Assembly: GCA_047638695.1 (NCBI GenBank)
Contig: JBLINY010000009.1
Location: forward strand, 9,234 to 73,233
DNA from: Acidimicrobiales bacterium
GTDB taxonomy: Bacteria; Actinomycetota; Acidimicrobiia; Acidimicrobiales; SZUA-35
DNA: 64,000 bases
Direction: 5' to 3'
Shown: piece by piece, positions 19,841 to 27,714 of the stretch
Layout of the letters: each line of letters begins with the position of its first letter
Numbering within the stretch: the first letter of the stretch is position 1
Translations under genes and position numbers: made by a program
The notes under the pieces: model-generated
The model's database searches: none
What the model was told of the DNA's origin: nothing
What the model saw: the letters and a program-made list of their open reading frames with translations, nothing else

Positions 19841-20773
19841 ATGGCTGAACATGTCGTGATCACTGGTGGCTTTGGATGTATCGGAGCGTGGGCGGCCGCG
19901 CTGCTGGCCGACGAGGGCGCGCAGGTAACGATTGCCGATCTCAGTGAGGACGATCACCGGCTGCAACTGGTGGCCGGCGCCGAGACCCGATCGAACATCA
20001 ACGTGGTCAAGGCCGACCTCACCTCAGCTGATGAGGTCACGGCTGCCCTGGCCGACGCCACGCATGTGATCCATTTGGGCGCTCTGCAGGTGCCGTTCTG
20101 TCGGGCCAATCCTCGAGCCGGGGCGGCGGTCAACGTCGGGGGCACCATCAATGTGTTCGAAGCAGCCCTGGCAAACGGCATCGAGCACGTCGTCTACGCC
20201 AGCAGTGTGGCCGTTTATGGCCCGATGGCCGATCCAACGGCACGGATCGATGACCACACGCCCTTCGATCCGCGCTCGTTGTACGGCGGATACAAGGTCG
20301 CCAACGAGCATGCGGCCCGTGTGTATGGGGCCGAGTTGGGTCTGCCCACGATTGGGCTGCGGCCTCACACGCTCTATGGGCCGGGCCGTGATCAGGGCCT
20401 CACATCGCAACCCACCCAGGCAATTCGCGCTGCTCTAGCGGGAGAGAGGTATCAGATCGAGTACGGCGGCTCGATGGGCTTCCAGTACGCACCAGACGTG
20501 GCGCGCTGGTTCATCGCCGCAGTCCGAGCCGAACCGGAGGGGGCGTCGGTGTACAACCTGGGAGGGTCGACGGCATCGGTAGCCGATTTCGTTGCCAACA
20601 TCGGCAAGGTTGTTCCCGCTGCGGCCGAGCTGATTTCGCACGGCACCGATCCCCTCGACTTCCCGATCGGGGCCGACGACAGCTCGCTTCGAGCCCGGCT
20701 GGGAGACCTCGCTGAGATGCCGTTGGTCGACGGAATTGCGGACACGGTCAGGGTGCTGACGTCCGCAAGCTGA
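19841..20773 (+). CDS. NAD-dependent epimerase/dehydratase (SDR)
   Basis: 310-aa [15 protein letters not shown] Rossmann motif and YGGYKVANE (YxxxK). Divergent from the dehydratase gene. Confidence 0.8.
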   Translation: MAEHVVITGGFGCIGAWAAALLADEGAQVTIADLSEDDHRLQLVAGAETRSNINVVKADLTSADEVTAALADATHVIHLGALQVPFCRANPRAGAAVNVGGTINVFEAALANGIEHVVYASSVAVYGPMADPTARIDDHTPFDPRSLYGGYKVANEHAARVYGAELGLPTIGLRPHTLYGPGRDQGLTSQPTQAIRAALAGERYQIEYGGSMGFQYAPDVARWFIAAVRAEPEGASVYNLGGSTASVADFVANIGKVVPAAAELISHGTDPLDFPIGADDSSLRARLGDLAEMPLVDGIADTVRVLTSAS

Positions 20774-20825
20774 GCGTGGTCGTCGAGCAAGCTCTGCCTC
20801 CGAGGAGAACCCTCAGTCGGCCGAT

Positions 20826-21611
20826 CTAGTCTTCGAGTCGGCGTAGGCCGGTGATGGCAAAAAGACCAAGAATGGCCAGCGAGCCGAACCCGGCGACCAG
20901 CCCGGGCCAGGTCGAATGCCATTGCACGCCGTCGTCAAGGAAGCCCTGACGGGCCATGCGGATGATGTTGGTGGCGGGATTGACACGGGCTGCTCCGTGT
21001 AGCCATCCGTCCATGACGGCCAACGGAACTTGGCCGATCGACAGGAACAGCGTCGAGAAGATGCCGACCTGTACGAGTCCCATGGCTCGTTGCGATTTCA
21101 GCCGAAACACGATCCCCAGTGCCCACAAGCCGGTGGCGCAGGCGAACAGGGCGCCGCTGAGCATAAGCAGCACCAATCCGAAGAAGCCCGGCCAGTCGGC
21201 GCCCAACACCAGACCCAGGGGGAACACCGTGAGCAAGGGAAAGGTCGAGCGGGCAACCGATGTGCCGAGCGGTCCCAGGAGCAACACTCCTCGCCCCGAT
21301 GGGGCGAGAAGGAGACGATCGTAGAACCCGCCCTCGATGTCGCGTGCGGTGCCGAAACCGATACCCATGCCGCCAAAAGCGGCGCCCTGGATGCAGGCGT
21401 AGGGCACGAACCAGTTGAAGATGTTGTCGGTAGGGAAACCGGGCAAATTGGTGATGGCCGAGTACGACCCGGCGAACGCGATCATGAAGAAGATCGGCAT
21501 GATCAGAATGGGTCCAATTGCCGCCGGCACCCTGGTGATCGCTACCAGGCTGCGTCGGACCAACTGTTTGACGATGGCCCAGGCGCTCACCGTTCCCTGA
21601 ATGGCTGTCAC
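20826..21611 (-). CDS. ABC-2 type transporter permease
   Basis: 261-aa ORF predicted to have about 6 TM helices. 4-nt overlap with the upstream permease gene. Confidence 0.75.
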   Translation of the reverse strand: MTAIQGTVSAWAIVKQLVRRSLVAITRVPAAIGPILIMPIFFMIAFAGSYSAITNLPGFPTDNIFNWFVPYACIQGAAFGGMGIGFGTARDIEGGFYDRLLLAPSGRGVLLLGPLGTSVARSTFPLLTVFPLGLVLGADWPGFFGLVLLMLSGALFACATGLWALGIVFRLKSQRAMGLVQVGIFSTLFLSIGQVPLAVMDGWLHGAARVNPATNIIRMARQGFLDDGVQWHSTWPGLVAGFGSLAILGLFAITGLRRLED

Positions 21612-22459
21612 GAGACGTCCGCCAGGCGATGCTTGAGCTGCCTCAGGGCAAAGCCGATGGTGAGACCGGCGAAGCCCAGCGCAACCACGAGACCAACAAG
21701 CGCTTCCCCGAGATCGAAGCCAACGAGCACCTGGTGCCGGGAGGCATCGATCACATAGGTGATGGGATTGGCCTGAGCGACCCGCCGGTAGATGCCCGAC
21801 ATGGTCTCGATCGGGAAGAAGGCGCTAGAGATGAAAAGTAGAATGAACAGGAGCGGGAAAGAGTTGCCGACGGCTTCGGCCGATCCGGTTCGCAATCCAA
21901 TGGCGGCGCCGTAGCCGCCGACACCGATGGCCATGACCATCGACAGAACGATCATGACGACTGCTCCGGCGATACCTCCTTCGACCTCCGCACCGAAGAG
22001 CCGGAACACGAGGATGTAGAACAGCGTGACTCCGGCGCCGTAGGTGGCGGCTCCGGCCAAGCGGGACACAAGGATCGATACTCGGGAGACCGGCGAGGCG
22101 AGCAGGCGGTCCATGAACCCGTTCTCGATGTCGAGGGCCAGGTCGGTCGAGGCGTTGATCGATCCAAACAGCGTGCCTTGCAAGATGGTGCCGGCCATGA
22201 GGAACTGCAGGAAGCTCTCGGCATCGGGGAAACCCGGTAGCGAGGTCGCTCGACCGAAGGCTGACGCCGAGACGGCGGTGATGAGAAGCGGGAACATGGC
22301 GCCGAACACCCAACTTGCGGGTTGTCGAAAGAAGCCAACGATGGCACGCCGGGCCATAGCCAAAAAGGCTCGGGTCTGGTCGGTCTGATGCCCCAAGCTT
22401 GGGGAGCGATCGGCGACATCAGGATTAGTGACATCAGGATTAGTGACATCGGCGGTCAT
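21608..22459 (-). CDS. ABC-2 type transporter permease
   Basis: 283-aa multi-TM ORF. 4-nt overlap with the ATPase gene upstream and the permease gene downstream. N-terminal DVTNP repeat. Confidence 0.75.
   Translation of the reverse strand: MTADVTNPDVTNPDVADRSPSLGHQTDQTRAFLAMARRAIVGFFRQPASWVFGAMFPLLITAVSASAFGRATSLPGFPDAESFLQFLMAGTILQGTLFGSINASTDLALDIENGFMDRLLASPVSRVSILVSRLAGAATYGAGVTLFYILVFRLFGAEVEGGIAGAVVMIVLSMVMAIGVGGYGAAIGLRTGSAEAVGNSFPLLFILLFISSAFFPIETMSGIYRRVAQANPITYVIDASRHQVLVGFDLGEALVGLVVALGFAGLTIGFALRQLKHRLADVS
22415..22450. repeat. 15-bp in-frame tandem repeat x2.4 (GACATCAGGATTAGT) inside the 5' end of the permease gene
   Basis: Copies at 22415 and 22430, plus a partial copy at 22445. 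Encodes MTA-DVTNP-DVTNP-DVADRS on the minus strand. Confidence 0.9.
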
Positions 22460-23412
22460 GCCTCGGAACCGTCCTCTGATGAGCCCTCGAGACGGCGGCC
22501 CGTCGCGTCCGCGAACACGTCGTCGAGCGAAGGAGCGTCGAGCTCCATATGGAGCACCGAGACGGCCCGCTCGTCGAGGGCACGAACGACGTCCGCCAGC
22601 CGGGAGGCACCGCTTTCGAGACCGATAGCGATGCGACCTGCCCGGGCCGGGCGAGTCTCGCCGTAGGCGCCCAGCACAGCTCGAGCAGTTTCGAGTTGCT
22701 CGGGCGCTACATCAATACGCAACGTGGGCGAACCAACGGCGTCCTTGAGAGCGCCCGGTGTGCCCTCACGAACGATGAGGCCGCCATCGATGATGCCAAC
22801 TCGATGAGCGAGCTCGTCCGCCTCTTCCAGATATTGGGTCGTGAGGAAGACGGTGGTGCCGCCGGTATTGAGCCGGCGAACCTCCTCCCACAGGTTCTGA
22901 CGGCTGCTGGGGTCGAGGCCGGTGGTTGGCTCGTCGAGGAAGAGGACTTCAGGCTCGTGGATGAGCGAGAGTGCCAGGTCGAGGCGCCGACGCATACCAC
23001 CCGAATAGGTACCAACCCGGCGATCGGCGGCGTCGGTGAGGCCGACGCGCTCAAGCAGCTCGGCGCCACGCGATGTGGCCTGACTGCGTCCGATGCCATG
23101 AAGTGTCGATTGGAGTTTGAGCAGCTCGTTGCCCGTCATCAGAGGGTCGATGGCGGCATCTTGTAGCGCAACGCCGATGCGTCGACGGACGTTGGCAGCA
23201 TCGGTGGCGACATCGAATCCGGCGACGACGGCTCTACCCGAAGTCGGCTTGAGCAGCGTTGTCAGCATCCGAACCATGGTCGACTTCCCGGCCCCGTTTG
23301 GTCCGAGAAACCCGTAGATCTCTCCCTCGGCCACGACGAGGTCGACACCCCGCACGGCTTCCACGTCGCCGAAGGAACGAACGAGAGCCTCGGCCACGAT
23401 CGGTGTCGTCAT
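22456..23412 (-). CDS. ABC transporter ATP-binding protein (DrrA-like, ABC-2 exporter)
   Basis: 318-aa ORF. Walker A GPNGAGKST, signature YSGGMRRRL, Walker B VLFLDEPTTGLD. Confidence 0.9.
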   Translation of the reverse strand: MTTPIVAEALVRSFGDVEAVRGVDLVVAEGEIYGFLGPNGAGKSTMVRMLTTLLKPTSGRAVVAGFDVATDAANVRRRIGVALQDAAIDPLMTGNELLKLQSTLHGIGRSQATSRGAELLERVGLTDAADRRVGTYSGGMRRRLDLALSLIHEPEVLFLDEPTTGLDPSSRQNLWEEVRRLNTGGTTVFLTTQYLEEADELAHRVGIIDGGLIVREGTPGALKDAVGSPTLRIDVAPEQLETARAVLGAYGETRPARAGRIAIGLESGASRLADVVRALDERAVSVLHMELDAPSLDDVFADATGRRLEGSSEDGSEA

Positions 23413-23431
23413 GAGGTGTGTCTAGCAGCCG

Positions 23432-25008
23432 CTAGGTAAGCCGCAGCTTGGTGGCCAATTCGAGTATGAGATCATCGAGTGAAAGCTGATCGCTCGTGTG
23501 CCCGAACACATAGCGGTCGGGGCGAACAATGGCCGCACTGGCTTGTTCGAAGAGCGGGTCGAGGCGACCGGATACCGGGGTAAGTCCTTCGAGCGACACC
23601 GTGGCGATGCCAAGGCGCCGAATCACGGCGGCCGCATCGTCCGACACCGAGAGGTCGCTCATGGTTCGGCCGACGACGGCAAAGCCGGATCCGAGCAGGT
23701 CGTCCAACCGAAACTCGGGGCCATGTTCGTGTTCGACCATAGGTTGAGGGAACAGATAGCCGGTTGAGCCCGCGTCGCTTACTTGGTTGGCATGCACAAC
23801 TCCGTCCCGTAGCGGTGGTTGTTCGCGCCCCTGGCCGTAGCCCTATGCTGCCAACCGCTCGGGGGCAACGGGCGGGTGGGCGCCAGACCGTTCGGCTCTC
23901 TCGACTGCAGCGAGATGCTCCATGAGCTGCCCGATAGCGACAGCCCAGTCGGTCAGGTCCTGGGCATGAGCATTCCGCTCGGCCTGGTACGTGTCGAGGA
24001 GGTCGTCGGCGGCGAGGTCGGCGATGACCATTGGAAGCTTCCAGGCCAGGTTGATGACGTCACGCATGCCGGTGTTCATGCCTTGTCCGAGAAACGGTGG
24101 TGTTTGGTGTGCAGCATCGCCGGCGAGGAACACGTTTCCCCGACGCCAGGTGTCAGCTGTTGCGGCGTGGAAGCGATACACCGCCGCTCTGCGGATGTCG
24201 TAGGTATCCGACGGGGTCCACGGATCAATGAGGCTACGAATCTTCCCCCGCTCGAGCATCTGTTCGCTGGTCTCGCCATCCTCGAGTTGAAACTCCCAAC
24301 GCCGATACGGATCCTTGGTACAGACATATGTTGCGAGACGGTCCGGGTCGCAAACCTGCAGCGTGTCGTTGGTGAGCGTGTGGCCGGCCCGAGTGGCCAC
24401 ATCGACTACAAGCCAGTCGCTCTCGTATCCGAGGTCGTGCCAACCAACGTTCAACTGGCCGCGAACAAAGCTGGCGGCCCCATCGCATCCGATCAGGTAC
24501 CGCGCCGTGTTCGCGGCCGGGTTGCCATCGGGCTGCGCAAACGCCAGAGTCACGCCTCCACCGGGATCGTCGCCGCCTACCGATACGTCGTCGAAAGAGC
24601 TGACGGTGCAACCGATGGGGCGGTGACATTGGGGTGGTCGACCGCTGTGGCCCGGAGCCAGCCCTCGAATTCGGGTTGATCGAACATGGCGGTGGCCGGC
24701 CAGCCGTTCCGTCCTACTGCCCGAGGCTCTTGTCCGAAAAGCCACTCACGTTTCGAATTGGCGAAACCGAAACGATCTCCCTCCCGGAAGGGTTGGAGAA
24801 GCTTGACTACGTCACCGGATCGCCCGCTGGACTGGAAGGCTCGAATGATCTCACCATCGAGCGCGACCGCTCGTGGCAGCTGGTAAACGAGGGGATCCCG
24901 TTCGAAGGCGATTATCTGTAGACCGGCGTCGGCGAGAAGAATGGCTGCCGTACTGCCGACCGGTCCGAGACCGACGATCGCTATGTCGTATTCGGGAGCT
25001 CTCTCCAC
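23432..25008 (-). pseudogene. FAD-dependent aromatic hydroxylase (MhpA/PheA-TfdB-like), disrupted by one frameshift and one in-frame TAG
   Basis: Three collinear pieces. 24577..25008 holds the GxGxxG motif (DIAIVGLGPVGSTAA). 23843..24745 holds YLIGCDGAASFVR and FLAGDAAHQTPPFLGQGMNTGMRDVINLAWK. 23432..23797 is the C-terminal domain. The frame changes at the G4 run 24617-24620. TAG at 23843-23845 separates two pieces that share a frame. Confidence 0.75.
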
Positions 25009-25042
25009 ATGGGAAGCTCTGTCGTATTAGCGAGCCGAGGGG

Positions 25043-26038
25043 TCAACCAGAGGACAGTGCCTTCCACAAAGAGCGATAGTTCCGGTAGGTGTACTCATTG
25101 GACACCCAACCCGAACGTACCAACTCCTTGTGGAGCAGCGGGAGATTCCAGCAACTCACGCCCATATCGACGTGATGAGCAAGGTGGTAGCCGATGTTGT
25201 GCGGCGCCAGCCAGAAGCTGGCTAACCAAGTCTGGCGCACGTCATGGGTGGTCTGTCGTCGATCGGCCGATTGCATCAGGCCGCCGTGTTCGGCTACGGC
25301 CCGCAGCCGATTGATGACGCGCCAGATTGTTTGATGGGGGAGCCACCACAGGAAGAAGTAGAGCTCGGGACGGCCGACGATCGTGAAGGCGGCGATAATG
25401 GGAATCTGGCAGGCCAGAATTCTCACTGCCGTCGGCTTGCGTTTTCGGGCCGCTTTTACCAGACCGACGAAGAGCTTCCAGCCCGTGCGCCCCGTGGCAT
25501 CCCGCAGCAGTTTGCGTCGGAAGCTGGCCCGGCTCACCGGATAGTTGGCGTAGAGGGCCACGTCGGGTTCCTTCGGGCCCATCTCGTCGCGGTGATGGTT
25601 GATATGGGCCCGGCGATACAGCTCGAACGGCACCCATGAGGGGTAGGACAGAATCCAACGCCCTACCCAGTCGTTGAGGCCGTTGTTGTTGAACAGGGTG
25701 CGATGCACGGCTTCGTGCCCCAGGCTGGCGAAACGGGCATACGCCCGACCCATCAGAAGGAACGCCGCCACCCACGCGACGGGATGCGACAACCAGATGG
25801 CAGCCGCCACGACGGCGACTGGTTCGAGGACGACGAGTGCGAGTGTTATTGCACTCTTCCACTGAGGAATCGTGCGAAGGTTGGCGCGTAACTCGGGCAC
25901 GGCCTTACCGCCAGCAAGCAGACGGTCGGTCGGCAACACATCGGGGAGGGCAGCGGGGGCAGCCACCATGCCTCCGAGGCGAGGCCCTGTGGCTCTGATG
26001 CTGGAGTTGTGATCTTCGGTTGAACTCGTCACGACCAC
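25043..26038 (-). CDS. Membrane fatty-acid desaturase family protein
   Basis: 331-aa ORF with three His boxes (HEAVH, HINHH, HNIGYHLAHH) and TM segments. GTG start; the true start is uncertain. Confidence 0.85.
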   Translation of the reverse strand: MVVTSSTEDHNSSIRATGPRLGGMVAAPAALPDVLPTDRLLAGGKAVPELRANLRTIPQWKSAITLALVVLEPVAVVAAAIWLSHPVAWVAAFLLMGRAYARFASLGHEAVHRTLFNNNGLNDWVGRWILSYPSWVPFELYRRAHINHHRDEMGPKEPDVALYANYPVSRASFRRKLLRDATGRTGWKLFVGLVKAARKRKPTAVRILACQIPIIAAFTIVGRPELYFFLWWLPHQTIWRVINRLRAVAEHGGLMQSADRRQTTHDVRQTWLASFWLAPHNIGYHLAHHVDMGVSCWNLPLLHKELVRSGWVSNEYTYRNYRSLWKALSSG

Positions 26039-26105
26039 ACCTTACACTCTGAGATCGCATGATTCAATTCTGTGATGTCGGTGACGGCAGGGAGCCCCGA
26101 CCCGC

Positions 26106-26918
26106 ATGAGGCTGACCCGGCACGATCAAGATCTCGGATTGAGGCCGCTGACTGCTCGGTCGCTTGTGGTCAGCATGTTGCTTGGAACACACCCGCCTCG
26201 CCTCCCGGCCCATGCCCTCGTGTCTTCGGCCGCGCTCTTCGGTATCAGCGAGGGAGCATGTCGCACCGCACTCAGTCGACTGGTGGCGAGCGGCGAGATT
26301 ACGAACGACGATGGCTGGTACGCCCTCGGGGCCGATCTCATCAATCGGCAGCGGAGCCAGGATGTCGGACGCGCGACCAGGCCGACACCGTGGGACGGCA
26401 GGTGGCGCACCCTGATAGTTACGGCCGAGCGTCGTTCGGCCACCGACAGAACCGACGCCCGAAGTCGGCTGCGTTCAGCTCGCTTCGCCGAGCTTCGCGA
26501 AGGCATCTGGACCCGTCCCAACAATTTGCCAGAAAGCCCGGTCGTTGCAGATCTCGCTGGCCGAGGCTGGCTGGCCGCCGAGGTCACGTTCGATGACGGG
26601 CTCGACCCAGAAGACTTGTGGCCATTGGCCCGGTGGCGACACACGGCGATCGGGCTGCACACGCTGATCGAGCAGCTGACACCTCGGCTGGAGCAAGACG
26701 ATCCGTCAGATTTGGCCAAAGGCTTCCTGGTCGCCGCAGCCGGTCTACGGCAGTTCAAAAGCGATCCGTTGCTGCCCGATGAGGTGCTGCCGGCAACATG
26801 GCCGGGGGCTGAGTTCCGTGAGGCCTATGACCGATTCGACCAGAGTTACCGCCGGGTCCTCCGCCAGTTCTTGCAGGAGGCGAAGGGTCAGACTGACGCT
26901 GGCCAGACTTGCGGATAG
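26106..26918 (+). CDS. PaaX-family transcriptional repressor
   Basis: 270-aa ORF. N-terminal winged-helix region (TARSLVVSMLLG...ALFGISEGACRTALSRLVASGEI) and PaaX C-domain pattern (WDGRWRTLIV...GIWTRPNN). Divergent from the desaturase gene. Confidence 0.75.
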   Translation: MRLTRHDQDLGLRPLTARSLVVSMLLGTHPPRLPAHALVSSAALFGISEGACRTALSRLVASGEITNDDGWYALGADLINRQRSQDVGRATRPTPWDGRWRTLIVTAERRSATDRTDARSRLRSARFAELREGIWTRPNNLPESPVVADLAGRGWLAAEVTFDDGLDPEDLWPLARWRHTAIGLHTLIEQLTPRLEQDDPSDLAKGFLVAAAGLRQFKSDPLLPDEVLPATWPGAEFREAYDRFDQSYRRVLRQFLQEAKGQTDAGQTCG

Positions 26919-27688
26919 TGCGGACCCGTGAACGGCTGTCCCTCGACCTGACCGTCATGAACGAAGCCAGACGCCATCCCTTCCTCCCATAGGTAGGTGG
27001 CGTCGTCGCCGATGTAGCGAACGGTGTATCCACGCCGCTGACGGTCAGCGCGTGTGTTCGGCCCTGCGTAATGAACGGTCATGGCGTGGAAGGCAATGAC
27101 ATCCCCAGGCTGCATATCCCAGGAGAGGATGGCGTGCTGATCTCGCTCTTGTTCGTAGTCAGGGATTTCTTCGTAATTCGGGTTTCGGGTGTACGACGTA
27201 CCGCCCGGAGCGAATGGTTCTGGTTGGAACCACCGATCCCACTTGTGCGATCCGGCGATGAACTCGAGGCCCCCGCTGTCGAGCGTGACCTCATCGAGGG
27301 CGAGCCAGAACGACAGGACCTGACGACCACGAACCGGCCAGTATGGCTGGTCGTTGTGCCAGCGCGTCGGGGCATCGGTGGCTGAGTCCTTGACGAACAG
27401 TTGGTCATAGAGGAGGCGGACAGACTTGGCGCCCATGAGCTCTGCAGCGAGCCCGGGAAGGGGAGAATCCAAACAATAGGCGGCGAAGTCAGGGTCGTTC
27501 TCCCAAACCCGAATATTCCCATGGAACCTGCCCCCCGACTCGATCTCGTAGCCGTGAAAGAACGGGCCGGGGTTGGCGATATCGCGGTCGATGGCAGCGG
27601 CCAGTTTATTGACCCAAGCGCCATCGACGACCCGGGGTATCAGGACAGCCCCGTCGCGTTCAAAAGCTTCGATATCGGCTTGCAGCAT
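26888..27688 (-). CDS. Phytanoyl-CoA dioxygenase (PhyH) family 2OG/Fe(II) oxygenase
   Basis: 266-aa ORF. HxD (RWHNDQPYW), distal His (AFHAMTVHYAGPN), Arg (RRGYTVRY). 31-nt convergent overlap with the PaaX gene. Confidence 0.8.
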   Translation of the reverse strand: MLQADIEAFERDGAVLIPRVVDGAWVNKLAAAIDRDIANPGPFFHGYEIESGGRFHGNIRVWENDPDFAAYCLDSPLPGLAAELMGAKSVRLLYDQLFVKDSATDAPTRWHNDQPYWPVRGRQVLSFWLALDEVTLDSGGLEFIAGSHKWDRWFQPEPFAPGGTSYTRNPNYEEIPDYEQERDQHAILSWDMQPGDVIAFHAMTVHYAGPNTRADRQRRGYTVRYIGDDATYLWEEGMASGFVHDGQVEGQPFTGPHYPQVWPASV

Positions 27689-27714
27689 GCAAACGAACGT
27701 AGCGGTTCAACCCA

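Noticed and set aside
20765-20793. A possible 22-bp-spaced duplication GCAAGCT...GCAAGCT after the stop of ORF 19841..20773.
   Set aside because: Only a 7-nt match, which is not distinguishable from chance.
23843-23845. The in-frame TAG in the MhpA-like gene as a recoding event (pyrrolysine or programmed read-through).
   Set aside because: The same gene also carries a frameshift, so simple decay is the more economical explanation. There is no pyl gene context, and pyrrolysine is not expected in this lineage.
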